Below are positions 25,120 to 38,800 of a DNA stretch of 64,000 nt, piece by piece. A program made the position numbers and the translations under genes. Within the stretch, counting starts at the first letter, position 1, and each line of letters opens with the position of its first letter. Under the pieces are notes generated by a model. The model made no database searches. It saw only the letters and a list, made by a program, of their open reading frames with translations, and had not been told where the DNA came from. The DNA is from Camelus ferus (Eukaryota), in contig NC_045697.1 of assembly GCF_009834535.1 (NCBI RefSeq), positions 99,388,001 through 99,452,000 of the forward strand, in the 5' to 3' direction.

Positions 25120-27165
25120 AAGGGTTTATTTCTGGATTCTCAATTCTGTTCCATATGCCTCTCCTTGCACCAATAACACATCTTCTTCAATATTCTGACT
25201 TTATAAAAGTACATTTTGAAATACTATGTAGAGTAGAGTAAATCCTCCAGCTTTGTTTTATCTTTTTCAAAACTCTTTTAGCTATTTTAGGTCCACTGCA
25301 CTTCCCTATAAATTTGAGAGCCAACTTGTTAATTTCTACAAAAAAAAAATCTAGCTTGGATTTTCATATAGGAATTGCATTGAAATTATAGATCAATTTG
25401 GGAGAACTGCCATCTTGACAATATTTACTTCTCCAATGTAAGAACTGGACTGTCTCTTCATTTATGAAAACCTTTAATTTCTTTCAGCCACATTTTATAG
25501 CTTCCAGTGTACAAGTCTTATACTTCCATTAGCTATATTTCTAAGGCTTTCCATTTATTGATACATTTTTGGAATAGTATCAATTAATTTAATTTTAAGA
25601 TTGTTTGCTGCTTGCTTATAAGAGAAGTTGAATGGTTTTTTTGTATATTAATCTTGTACCCTGCAACCTTGTTGAACTCATTTAGAAGTTCTAATAGTTT
25701 TTGGGAGTGGATTTTTCTACATACAAGATCAAGTCATCTGCAAATAAACTTTCCATTCTTGATTCTTTTCTTTTTGCCTTGCATTGTCTAGAACTTCCAG
25801 TATAATACTGAATAGAAGTGGCAAGAGCAAACATCCTTGCCTTGTTTCCTATCTTAGTGGAAAAGCATCTCATCTTTCACCATCCTGTACAATGTTATCA
25901 CCTATAGGTTTCTGGAGGTGCCCTTCGGCAGGTTGAAGAAGTTCTCTTCTGTTCCTAGTTGGTTGAGAGTTCTTATCGTGGTTGGCTAATGGGTTTTTTC
26001 AAATGCTTTTTCTGTACCTACTGAGGTGAAATATGTTTTTTGTCTTTATTCTATTGATATGGTATATTACATTAATTAATTTCCAGATGTTAAACCAACT
26101 TTACATTAATGGGACACAGTTCCTATGGACTCCTTGTATTCCTGAGTATAGGTCACACTCTCTTCTTTGCATATCCCATAATATTTTGTTGAAAATGAAC
26201 ATTCAGGATGGATATATTGTAGCAATTCTGTATTATTATATTTTCCCCCTGAAGGTTTTTTTTGTTTCTGTTTCTGTTTATTTCTTGAGTTGTTTAGTAA
26301 TTTGACTGGATTAATTCCATGAAACCTACCATCTCTGAAGTGGTGAGGCCACTGATGTCTCCTCTCTGTTTTATTTTCTTTTTTAAATTCTTGTTTTTAT
26401 TTGTAATCCTGGTTTCCTTGTTATCACCCCAGTGTCTGCGTAGCTTAATGGTTGGCCAATGATTTGACAGACACCATGATCAAATACCCTAAGCCAGTAA
26501 GACTTCCAACTCTCTGCAGATGGATCTGTCTGTGGATAGAGGAGCATGCTCAAAGTTCAGGTCATTGGCAAGTGGGTCTCAGCTTTGGCTCTCTACTGGG
26601 CCCTTCCACGGTTCCTCTATGCATGTGCTCAGCCTCAGAATTGGCCAGAAATGCACAGATAGCTTGGCCCTCTGTTGTCTGCTGCATATGTGGGCAGCCT
26701 CATTTAGAAATATGCTTACTGCAACCATGTCTACAACCTCAGGATAACAGAGCCATTGGCCCTCCCCAAACCCCAGCCACCAAGATCACTATGTCCACTG
26801 ACAATGCTGCTGGTCATGAGTGTTGCCCACCATTCCAAATGGAGTTCTCTTTGACAGCAGCACCAGCCTGCTAGCTCTGATGGACTGTGGTCTCTCCACT
26901 ACCAGAACCTCCATGACAACTGAGTAAGGGATGGGCGCAGCCCCAGGCAAGAGTCCCACAAACTCCCACTATTCTTAACAGAAGTTCAACAGTTTTTCTA
27001 GTATAAACATTTCTCAGATGGTTTTATGCTTTTATTCAACTCCCAGAGCACTGAAATGATTGTTTTTGTTCATTTTGTCCAATTTGATACTTGCTTTTTT
27101 AAGAAGAGGATTTGTTGACCTTCTGATTTGGCATTGCCAGAAGTCCCACCCCAGGATTTATTTTT
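25120..27165 (-). mobile_element. Rearranged old LINE-1 (ORF2 RT-region fragment joined to further L1-like sequence)
   Basis: The minus-strand peptide SLFADDLILYVE matches the L1 RT FADD motif within 25120-26110. The 26110-27165 part is less certain. Confidence 0.75.
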
Positions 27166-28417
27166 AAATGCTGTGGATACTACACAGAAACTTGGTACTC
27201 AGATTATTTATATCCCATCCAATATGATTTTTATAGTGTCAAATGTTATACAGTTCTTTGTAGATCTGATAAAGCATTTATCTTTTCAAGTGAATAAGGG
27301 CCAACTTGAAACTGCAGAATAAAAACACTACTAGTAAATTAAAGATTCAAGTCAAACCATTTGGGGTCCCAGTTCTGGATATACAGAACTCAGTAAATGA
27401 CCCTTGCCTCAGTGACGTGGATTTCCATCTTGAGGAGAAATGGCTTATTTTCTCCCATTTTTACGGTATTTCTGTCTACTATGTTTCATCAGTCATTTAT
27501 AACAAATGCTACAGTAAGGATATAATTAAGGATTACTTAAAAAATATCTCCCACGAAAACATCCATAGCTACATTTTACTTTTTAACATGATCTTCTTCT
27601 TGAAAGTGGGTTTTCCACTCAATCTCGAGGAAGCATCTGATGGAGATGTTCATGTTAAGCAGCAATACTATTTGATTAATATATTAAAACTGTCACGGTC
27701 ATCTTCATTTACCTCAATAAAGACGGTTCATTACTTTCAGCAGCACTTTATTGCTATATGTCTGAAATTATGAGAGAAAAAGAGCCAACAAAGCAGTAGA
27801 AGATCTGTAACCTCTATTCCCTGTCTCTGAAATAAAAAAACAACACAGCACTTCCCATGGCATGATTCAACCTGGGAATAAAAAGAGCTTTGCCAGCCTC
27901 AACTAAAACTCACCACAGCTGGTGAAGTTAAATTCAATACCAGCCCCTTAAAGGAACATAAACGTATTTGCCTGAGATCATGTAACAAATTGGTACAACA
28001 ACCAGAAAAGTAGACCAGAATGCTTGTCCTTTAATCACCATGTCCCAATCTCTCTCTACTTACATCAAAACCAAACTGTAGGGCCAGTTACCCAAACCTT
28101 TATCCCAGCTACACTTCTGTTTGAGAATGTTCCTAAAAACGAAGAATGGTGGTGGGGAAGAGAAAAGAGATTGCGTCAAAGACCCAGCTGTGTTAACAGC
28201 CCTCAATGGAGAAAGAACCAAGAATTAAAATACTTGGTCTTCTTTCCCTTCCAATGTAATGCATGTATGATCACAAAACAAAATCTCAAATAAACTAACA
28301 AAACACAGATTGATTCTGCTGTTTCAGCCCAGAATGTACTAGATGTCTGTTAAATTTGTAACATCCTACTCCAATTTTCCCCATGAGTGGTTGCAGTGTT
28401 GGCCACCATCAGTTTGT

Positions 28418-28563
28418 ATTTTTTTTTAATTTTTATGTGGTTTTTTTTGGGGGGGAGGTAATTAGGTTTATTTATTACTTATTTATTTTAATGGAGGTAC
28501 TTAGGATTGAACCCAGGACCTCATACATGCTAAGCACACACTACCACTGAGCTCTACTCTCCC
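28418..28563 (-). mobile_element. tRNA-derived SINE, camelid vic-1-like
   Basis: The reverse complement is GGGAGAGTAGAGCTCAGTGGTAG...CCTGGGTTCAATCC with an AAATAAACCTAATTACCTCCCCCCC tail and an A-rich end. It is the same family as 16818-16944. Confidence 0.88.
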
Positions 28564-31199
28564 TGCACAACCAGTTCTCACCATGTTAAAACACCTTTTC
28601 AGAGCTTCTTCTCTATAATGAAACCACCTTAAAGGTTCCAAATGCTTTCTCATGGGGGATGTTATCCCATGTATGCTGATAACTGTTGTAATACTCATTT
28701 AAGAAAGGTAGGGAGCAGATATAATTCCAATGAAAGGAAAGCCAAGAGCTTAAAAGGTAAGAAAGAAAGAAAAAAGATATTCTCAGAGTTCTTAAGTAGC
28801 TAAGTGACAAGTCAAAGTTGCTAAGGTTGGTCCAGGGCTGTGTCTAGAAAGCTGGGCTGCCCCCTATCCTAAGTCCTTATAAGAAATGGGTCAAAATTAC
28901 AGCTGAATACAAAAGCCAGATGAATACTCTCACCTATTTGCATATCCATACACACACATACAAACCTCTTGATTCATCAAACGTATTATTTTGTGTATTA
29001 ATTTACTCAACAATGTTTCCCAATTTATCCAGATAATTCTACAGACACCACAATAAGCCTTGCCCCATATACGAGGATTTATTTGGATAATGAAATCTGT
29101 ATTTGCCTCACAAAAGTTTATCACTATTTAATCATATCCTGGACTTAAAAGATACTGTCAGTCTACATTGGGAGCCATTTTCCTTTTCAAAGAAACAACA
29201 AAACCAGGTCACACTTGGACTACCATGCCTTTTCCACAACATGGTAAGATGAAAATCATTCAAATGAACATGATTGTTTTTTCTCTACCTGAAATCTCTT
29301 CTGCTGGACTTCTAATTACATTCAGAATAAGTTTAAAATCTGAAAACTTATTCCAGTTGAGGCCTGAAGTGGGAAAACTTACGCAGAAGTAGAAGCAGAA
29401 AACACAAATCATGATTTTTAATAAGTCACAATGGGAAAGGGTAAGATTAGTCAACTTCCTATCAAATTTATTTTCATGATGCATTTGTAAATATTCAGAA
29501 GACATTAAAACTTCAAGTTCCACCGAACTATAGGTTCTAAATACTAGACTCCAACTCCAAAGACCCAGGACCTGTTGTCATTATCATTAATTATTTATTA
29601 AGCTGCAACGCAGCCCTAACACTGTGTCATCACATGGCTGCCCATAGGGAACTTAGACTCTGGAGTTGGGTCAGAATATTCACACAGCATAGAAAACCGA
29701 AATAGCATGGACATGGTTACACATATCCCTTGATTTGCTTGCTAGAAATACCCAACCCGTCTTGGCAGAGAAGTACTTGTGTGTATTAGAACTCCTCTTC
29801 CAATTATACAGCATCCCTTGTCCTGCAGAAGTCCCAGCCGTCCTCCTGGCAGCAGCGGTCCCTTGAGCAAGCACTGCAGAACCAGGTGGAGATGCTCCGT
29901 GGAGGCACTGGGAGAGTAGTGCAGGGACACAGTACCCAGCTCCAATGTAGGACAAAAGATCTGGATGTCCAGGAGCCTGGGCGCTTAATAACACAATCTG
30001 ACTACGTTGATGCTTCGACTGACCAACTCTTTCTCAAAAGTCCTCTCTGTAAATTTTTATGAGGCTTTAGGATTCTAGAGCTGGAAAGAACTTTGCATGG
30101 GAGTCCACAGGAGTTAATAGGTTTTCTTAAGTTGGCATTAGCCAGGACTTGATCTCCTGCCCCTGGGCCTGCCCTGTTTTGATCTTGCCACACTAGGTTG
30201 GGGCACATTTAGAAATGATGCTAGCATTGCTTCTTTGGGAACATGGGTTAGGGCTGGGTTACCTAAGAGAAGATTTTAGGAGGAGCTCTTGGACAGAGTT
30301 CTGGATACACTGGGAGGGAAGTAGCTAGTGAAAGAAAAATACAGGACAAGACCTTGGGTATAAGGAGAAAAGGTGTTAGTTGCTGTCAAGGGGTAGGAGC
30401 TAGGTCAGGGGGCAGTGCAGGAAACAAGCAGAAACAAGAACTCTGGAACAGCCGGGGCCACGGGACTGATGTTTGTAAGGCAAATGTGACTAACCTCAAA
30501 TAGTTTAGAAGAGCTGTGAGAAACACAGGGTCTCATCTCACTGGCTTTGCCATAGAGGGCTAACTCCAGACAATGCTCTCTTTCTCTGTGTTTGGGAATA
30601 ATATTTTGCCAGTGACATCTCTCAAAGGGGACGAGATACTAGCATATACCTCTGAAAGAGTCTTCAAAGAGCACCAGATTCAAGGCCTAATGTGGCCACA
30701 TGTGGCCTCTGTGTCCTAGGAAGCATCCTGAAGCATCCTCTCAGCTCACTTTCCATATCTCTAACAATAAGGAATTGGCTCCTTGAATTAAGTCTGCCCC
30801 AGCTTATAGAATTTCTGTATGTGGCGTGCTTCAAGTTTCCCCCAAGGAAAGTTTTTGTGTCGATTACAAATGGCTTTAAGAGCCTTGTCAACCCATCCTG
30901 TCTCCCCTTGCTGTTTTCCTCCTCAGCACAAGCAAGAGAATCACTTAAAAAGCATTGTGAGCTGCAGGTAACGGGCAGAAGACAAGATCGAGTCTGTAAG
31001 CGAGCTCTTTAGAGTCAAGCCCCACCAAGCCGCTGTTAATGCTTTACACCAGCCAGGACGCGGGTCTGCGTACTTATTTCTGAAGACTTTCTGAACATGT
31101 ACCTGGCTATTTAAAGTCACCATCCATTTGTTGGCACATTTCATCTCTTATTAACAACGGCACAGAAGCCAGGGTATGCTGACAGTTCTCCCAGTACCC

Positions 31200-31800
31200 C
31201 AGAATACTGGGGGAGGGGGTGTTACTCACCAGCCTCGTGCTTTTACTTATTACTGATGTGCTATTTAACGACCAGCACCACCCCTTTATATATTTTTCAC
31301 CATAAACTGTTATATCAAGAACACATAACTCCCAAATCCACACAGGCACAACCGTCAATTTTAAAGGCATCATATCTTGTGTCCTGCTTCTTTGGAGGCT
31401 GGACTTTTTGAGCGTTTACTTACTAAAATCCTCTCCAATCACTTGAATCATAAAACCAGTAAAGGGAGGAAGGGACCCGTTGTGGGGGGGTGAGGGGAGT
31501 AACGGGAAGAGAAAGAAAGAAAATGGGATGAACAGAGGCTGAGGGAGACTGGCTACGGAGTGGAGTGTGTGACACAAGCTGAGCTACCCACCGCAGACAA
31601 AGAACACCAGGCGACGGAAGGGAGACAATGAAGGCTGAGAGCAAACGCAGAGCGCGCGGGGCTGGCAGGGAAGCCCCCCGCGCAGCCCCCTCCGCGAACC
31701 CGCTCGCTTAGTGCCAGCTGACGGGCTCCCAGCAGCTGCTCCACTGCGGAGAGACTTACACAGTCACTTCCTGGCTAAAAGGATTTCTACCGTTTTAATT
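31200..31800 (-). promoter_or_regulatory. Small CpG-rich promoter region with candidate alternative first exons
   Basis: There is a local CpG/GC peak at ~31550-31750 in a CpG-poor window, an ETS-type CAGGAAGTG at ~31765-31773 and TATATAAAG at 31292-31284. Three minus-strand GTRAGT donors have introns starting at 31759, 31423 and 31229. Confidence 0.6.
31424..31451 (-). CDS. Possible short coding end of an alternative first exon (MIQVIGEDF, phase-1 intron)
   Basis: ATG ATT CAA GTG ATT GGA GAG GAT TTT A|gtaagt lies downstream of the CpG-rich segment. The peptide is not recognised and the Kozak context is weak, so it could be a uORF or non-coding. Confidence 0.25.
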
Positions 31801-32857
31801 AGGGTTTTTTTTTGTTTTTGTTTTTGTTTTTTTTAAGGTAAGAAATAACACCTCTCCATCCCCACATGCCCCAGACACATCTGTATGTTCAACTATCCAA
31901 ACAATGATTTTGGTTTCTTTAAGAGTCGGGAATTGCTTGTGAAATAAATAATTAAGAGGAAAAAAGAAGTTCAGCAAAGTAGTCCAAATCTGTGCTCCTC
32001 TGAAGAACACCGGGGAAATTATGGTTCTAAGTGTAACGGGGGTTGGGAGACAGGGGCTGTTAATGCCTGTAAATTAATCTTAACTTAATGGTGTCACCAC
32101 CCTTTGTCCTGTTTAGCTGTAGTGACAGACAATGCAGAGGAGTAGAATTTTTAATATTTCATCTCTCCTCTTTCTCCAGAAATATCTGGAACAGGTTAAT
32201 TCACTAGAAATTCCTAGTCATCCTTGACAGAAAAAGAACTGGGACTTTCACAAGTAATGTGTGTAAAATCTTCCTTAACCTAGAAAACATTAGGGAAAAA
32301 ATCAACTCAGAACTGAGATCTAAAACTAAAACATGAAAAAGAGGGAAACAGTGCAGCTGCTTAACAGCCACACTAGGAGGCTGGAAACACGATCACCTAA
32401 CCACAGGACTCGATCTTTCAAAAACCACTGTCTGTTTACAAACAAAGCACTTGCTAAATAACACACCAGGTAACAGCTGATGGCAGGAATAGCGTTTGCT
32501 CTTTTAAATAACAACAGATTGGGAAAAAATATTTCAATGCCATCAGACAACAAATTAAAGTGAACCCTCTCCCCTCCCTCCTCATAGAAACATGTGGCTC
32601 TAGCTGGAAAAATTGATTTCCACCCACCCTCCATTCTCCCAAAAGGAGATTAGAGAAAACAGAAAAACATACATTCTGGAGATGAATTTTAGTAATGAGC
32701 GCTCTAACCATTCATAGGGAGATACGCTCCTATTTCACAGGTCTTTGAAAAAAAATTTTTAACGTGCACACGTGAGTCAAACAGTCTGCAATAAAATGCA
32801 TTTAATGTTTGATTGTTTCTATACACTGCAAGAGGGAGTTGAAGACTTGTCACTCAC

Positions 32858-32943
32858 CTGATGAAATCTGATCTCTCTCAAATCAGCTCGCCCTACCGTG
32901 TTAAAGATGTTACTGCTGTGACATAATTCAACCTCAAGACATC
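32858..32943 (-). other. Candidate 86-nt internal exon (probably 5' UTR) of an unidentified minus-strand gene
   Basis: The minus strand reads aaaCTGACctgtgtttcccacag|GATGTC...TTTCATCAG|gtgagt. It has a branch-point-like CTGAC, a pyrimidine tract, a CAG acceptor and a perfect CAG|GTGAGT donor, in unique sequence. Confidence 0.55.
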
Positions 32944-35805
32944 CTGTGGGAAACACAGGTCAGTTTTAAAGCAGCAGGTGGGTAAACAGTCATTATTTAG
33001 TCACCTGACCTTGAATTTTAGGGGTTGTTTACTCCATCTTTTGCTTAGAGGCTGCCACTTGAGATCACGTGCCATGCAAGGGTTTTCAAGTTTAAGTGGA
33101 CTTTATAAAATAAGCTGACTTTTTTTTTTTTTTAATCAGAGCAAATGAGGCATCAAAAAATATTCTTCTGCCTCGCTCTTAATTCTAAGGTGCCAACAGG
33201 GAGAAGAAGAGAGGAAGGAGGAGGACCTGTGGCCCTCCCCTCTCCTGATTGGTATTCGTGTGAACAACACCTAATGGAAGTACTTCTGTTGACCTCTAAC
33301 AGGCAAACAATTTCCGGGCCAACTTTGTATCCAACCATAGCTGGTGATGAATTGAAAATGACATTCTATATTCTTCTATCAAGTTAATACAATAAAACAG
33401 GTAGTAAGAATAAGAGCAAATACATACATCTGTCTTACCCTCTGCCAGACACTATTCTAAGTGCTTTGCATATATTAACTTATTTAAGCCTCCCAACAAC
33501 CCCCTGAGGCAGGTACTGTATACACATGAATATAAACTTGGTTACACCTGAGAAAGGATAAAAAGCCCCATAATATCGGTGATATGATGGGGTAGAGATG
33601 AGTTATAATTTTGAAAAGGAAACTGAAGCTTACATACCCTATAACACAGGATGTTGCCCTATATGTTGCTGGGGCAACTGTTACAAAAGGAAAACACAGG
33701 GATCGCTCATCTGCATTTTGTTTAAATAACGTTGCTCATAAATTTCCACTGAAGAGAATGCTAATCTCCGTAGAGAAAAAAAGTTAACATTTGAAAAAAA
33801 AGATGAGATGTAATAAAGGGTGAAGAGACTTCACAGTAGCTAAAAATCTACCACCAACTTGAGAAAATTGTTGACACTCATTTAAAGAGCAAAAGAAAAT
33901 CTCAAAAGAAAACAGGGCTGGTTTTTCTTAGAAATCATCATCATTACAGCCTTCACTTCCTGGGATTCTTCCTAATTCTAATTCCTAGTAGCGAAAATAA
34001 TAAGGATATGGAAAATGAGGCAAAGGGAGAGCAGGAAATGCTTCTGTATTTCATTACATTTGGGGGCAGGGCAGGGAAGCCTCAGAGATCTAGAAAGAAA
34101 GAGGAAAAAGAAATCACAATGGATAAAGGGCTCCAGTGTCAGTCACTTTTGCCTTCCCACCGATTTTAAATTCAGCTCTTTGGAACAAAAGGGACAGAAG
34201 GATGATCAGCTTATATTCTAAAGCCATCAGCCTGGGACAGCCTTGGAAGACCAGGCTGATCACACTCTTCCAGCAACAGCTAACTGGGAAAGTTGGAGGA
34301 AAATACTAATATTCCCAGACTCCAGTTCCTGACCTGTGCCTCTCCCACACCACCCCAGAGAAGCCACCAGCTTCCATCCACCAACGCTGCTTCCCTGCTC
34401 TTTGACTAACATCTCTAAGAAAGCCTGCCTGTTCAGGGACATGGCCCTTCAGGTCACAGTAATCCAGCAGATCACAATCATTCATTTGACCCTACTGTCA
34501 AAGAAAATTTTTCATCAGTGAGAAACGGCATTGTTGGGTGTTGTTAAGTCAATTTGGACTGCTGGGAAAAGAGATTCCAATGTCTAGGATTAATATTTGT
34601 GATATTTACTCTAGAGTTAGAATATTTTTTAAATGTTTTCACATGGTGTTTACAGGTTGCTGACCTTTCAGAATCATATCACATGGTGAGAACCAAACAT
34701 TTTCTGACCAAATATTTTTTCAAATAAAGTAGGTTTATTAGAAACACAGTTTACCACTTATCATTCCCTTACGGCAATGGTCCCTGAAGGAACTATGGGC
34801 AGATAAGAGACGAAAAAGCAAACGACAAATCTCATCCTTTTTTCCACCACAAGTTAAAAGCCTGCCTTTATATTGATTTTCAGATACTGAATATACATAG
34901 TTCATCTTCCAGATAATCTCAATGTGTCTTACTCTAATAAGCAAATAAAATTGATGAGAATGGAAAAATGAGATGGATCTACATCTGTAAATAACCTTTA
35001 CACACACACACACACACATTAACCTGATACACAACTGACTCTTTGCCATAGAACACACATTCCTGCCAGCATTCACAGGGGTATAGATCCACCTGTATGA
35101 TTCCCCACGGCACAAACTCTTTACCAATGGATTTGATAGAAAGGGGACTGTGAAAATGTTCATAAATTATCATTTGTATATTTGTCTTAATCTTGAGTTC
35201 TCTGAATATCTAAAACATTCATCTTTCCATAAAATGCTAATACCTTCCAAACTGTGACTGGATGGTAGTTATTCCTGTGAGTTTAAGTTCTTATTATAAT
35301 ACTTTGATAGATAGCCCAAATCCAGCCTGTATGGCACCAATGTACAGATACTGGCATCTCTCTGCTCAAGTCTGACAACACCTAATGCTGGGATAGAACA
35401 TCAGGCAGCCCATGGTGGTTCACGTGTAATGTGCATTTTAGTCACTAGAATTTTGGTTTGTTAACTGGGAATTGCCAGGAAGACACAGAGAGGACCAGAG
35501 TGAGGAACCAACAACCCCTGGGGACCCAGGCCTCATTCTGCAGCTGAGCTGTCTCACTTTTTTTTCAGAAAAAGCTTTCCCTCAGCCCTTCCATCACACG
35601 TGGTGCCAATCCTGACCCACTTCCCCAGTCTGTGCCACGGTTCAGTGTAGAGAGAGTGCATTCTCCCAGCCTTTTCCTTGGTCTCTTATTCTGGGTAGCA
35701 AGCCATTCTTTTCCTATAAAGTTTTTTTGTCCTCAATCAACCAATCTGATCAATGTTTAAGATTCTTTATATGAGTGAATTCTCTTACTCAACCGTAACA
35801 AGTAC

Positions 35806-35892
<87 letters not shown>
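35806..35892. repeat. (AAT)29 microsatellite
   Basis: Perfect uninterrupted trinucleotide array. Confidence 0.97.
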
Positions 35893-35893
<1 letters not shown>

Positions 35894-38800
35894 TATCTTA
35901 AACATCACTTCACTAAGAAGTTCTCCTTAAATCAAGGAAAACTATTCTCGGTAATCCAGGCACAAGAGCTAGTCATTTACTTCACTTAGCAAAAATGTAC
36001 TGAGTACCTGGAAAGGTGTCTAAAATCACAGGAATTTTATCAGTTGAAGCTAAATTTATTTGAGGCAGAATCGATCTTAGCATAATACCACTACTTAAAC
36101 ATCCTGAGGTTGGGTTTACCATGTGTTGAGCAAATGCCTGAATACTATAGAAAATGAATGAACTTTTGGTTATTCAGAGATACTGTTTGCAATGAAGACA
36201 GTGGGGAAAGAGGCACTGATTTTACTGGGTTCTTCCACATTCTAAAAATTTTGTTTCCCAGTGCAAAAGGGAACTTTACCGTCCTATGCATGGAAGCAAC
36301 ACTGAATATGCTCAGTAGAGGGAGGGAACATCAGAGGAACTTCATTCTTCATTCTCCACCACGCTCTACCTTTAAAAAATCATGCATGTTAGCTTTAGAT
36401 ACGAGGGCCTTGTTTAGAAGTTAGTTCTAGACCTCTCTAAAAGAGGCTCATATCCCTTGATTCCAAATAGCTTATCTGGCATTCAGCAGGGGGAACAAAT
36501 TTAAATCAGATGTTTTGATTGGGGTGATCGGAAATTTGTACCACTGATAAGTACACCTATATATATACACACATATCTATGTTTGTGCCATAAGGTAGAA
36601 ATGTTTTTTAAATGTTAGCATTCATTCAAAGTGAATATGTAAATATACACTTACTTGCTAGTATAGTCATATTTGCTCTTTAATTCATTCTCTTTGTAGG
36701 GGGAAGATCAGTCTGAACCATTTAAAAATTAGAACTAAGAATTTTTTATTTAAGGAAATGCTATTTGTTTTCAAGTACATGACTAACTAGAATGAAACCA
36801 ATAAAATGTTAAGTGTTGCCAAGCATAAGTCCATAAGGTACCTGCTGCAATGCGTTTTGTTGAGTATATTCACATATCAGCAACAGTTTCGTAAGATCTA
36901 CTCACGTTACAATCAGTGGAAGCAAATAAGTGTCAAAATATTTTGAAAGGGGAATATACTTGATAAAAAAATATCAAGCTATTTCTAATTTGAAAGAAGG
37001 GAAACAAATGAAATAATGATCCCATTAAACAAAATATAAGAGACATTTAGGCCCTAAACACTTTACTTTGATGACTTGACAAAGTAGAGAAAGGATACTC
37101 ATTAGTTATTCTCCAAAGAGTTTCCCCTCTCCCCTTTTTTGGCTCATGAGTAAATACTAGGGGGACTAATGATTTTCATTAGTGCTTAATGTTTGGCTAT
37201 ATGTATCTAACCTCTCTGCCCATCTGTAGCTTGGAAAGTTTTTGTACACGTGGGGAAGAAATGCTTTCATTAGCATATTAATCAGTTTTCCAAAGAGCTA
37301 TAATTTATTTATAATTTATTCTCTTATTCAACCGATCTTAAACATTCCACCTCTGAGAAAAAGGGAAAAGGAAGGAAAATTTTTTTCATGGAGAATTATA
37401 ATGAAAATTTCTCCTTGCCTAAATTATCAAAACTGCTGAGTTTGTAAGTCTAAATTAATTTCACATACATTAGACAAGTAATATAAACCTCAAAAAAAAA
37501 AGTCTATAGATGTTTTAGGCACTTACCTATTATTTAACACCTCTTCAATCAGAAAAATTTTCTCATAAGAAAGGGGACTTTAAATGGAAAGTGTTGAAAA
37601 ATAGAATTCTTGCAAGTTAGGCAACCAAAAAAATCTTACTCTGGAGTTAATTCAATGGGGAAAAGGAGATAAAAGGAATGCTGTTAAGATTTAAAAATGA
37701 GCTTTGCTTCTAAAATCTAAGCTTTAGTTCCCATGATGTATGACAATCTATTATATTGTATTTGCCAGAAAACATAAATTGTGAGTGTTTATAGGCTGTG
37801 GTGACAGACGTACTTGGAAGGTCAGCGCGACTTAAGATCTCCATTGTCCTGGCTCACTCCCACTTTCCAGCCTCCTCTACATCACCAGCCTTCCAAGCCC
37901 ATCAGCTGTTTCATGTTGCCTGCAGCTCTCCATTTCCTTCCAGCTGCTGTACCCCCATCCAAAGGAAGAACTTACGACATTATACTCACATTTCTGAAGG
38001 TACCACCAAATGAGCTTCCGCCTTCATCCACTCATGCCCTTCACTACCAAAAAAATGTTCTTAAAATCCACCTGGGCACTTGTTTAACAGCCTTCCAAAA
38101 GACCTCTTTGCTTACAAATAAAGTCCATACCTTTTAAACCAGTAAGTCAAGTTTTCCCAGGATGTGGCTATACCCTACCTTTGGAACTCTAGGTTCTACT
38201 CCTGCCCCTCATCCTCATTGTCCAATTACGTAGACACCCAATGAGACAGCTGCCCTGGCATCATCCCATAGGGGGCACTGAAACACCACTAATAAATCAG
38301 AAATACAGTGCCAGTCAATTCAGGTTTCTACCCTCAAACGCCTCACTCACCAGTGAAATGTAAACCAGACCCACTCCCCTCAAAGCAAACAATGCCCTGA
38401 GCAAAGAAACCACATGACTGTATCCATGTAGATCACCTCTGTCCATGGTGAGTACCACTAACTGTATCTGATTTTGAGTGATTAAAGAAAACTGTACAAT
38501 GAAGGGCAAGTCCAAATAAGTTAAAATGTCATGTTACATTCAGAGGATGCAATAGACATCTTATTCTGAACATAGAGACAGAAAGAAAGGTATACTGATC
38601 CTCTTAATAGAAAATCATTTTCCCTTACTCTCCCACTAGAATATTTTGAACAAATATTCAAGAAGCCAGATGCTTAGCTTGCCAGGGGGCACCCACATAT
38701 CTCAGTCCACCCTTACCATCTGGTCTACCTACAAGCCCATGCACACACCTTGCCATTCTTCGTCTTTCCTGGGCTCATGTTATTCATTCCTGTAGAACTA

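Noticed and set aside
29790..30062. ~90-codon stop-free plus-strand frame (QRSLEQALQNQVEMLR...)
   Set aside because: No recognisable homology or good donor site, and it is on the strand opposite the inferred gene.
35753..35989. Poly-isoleucine ORF
   Set aside because: It is a translation of (AAT)29.
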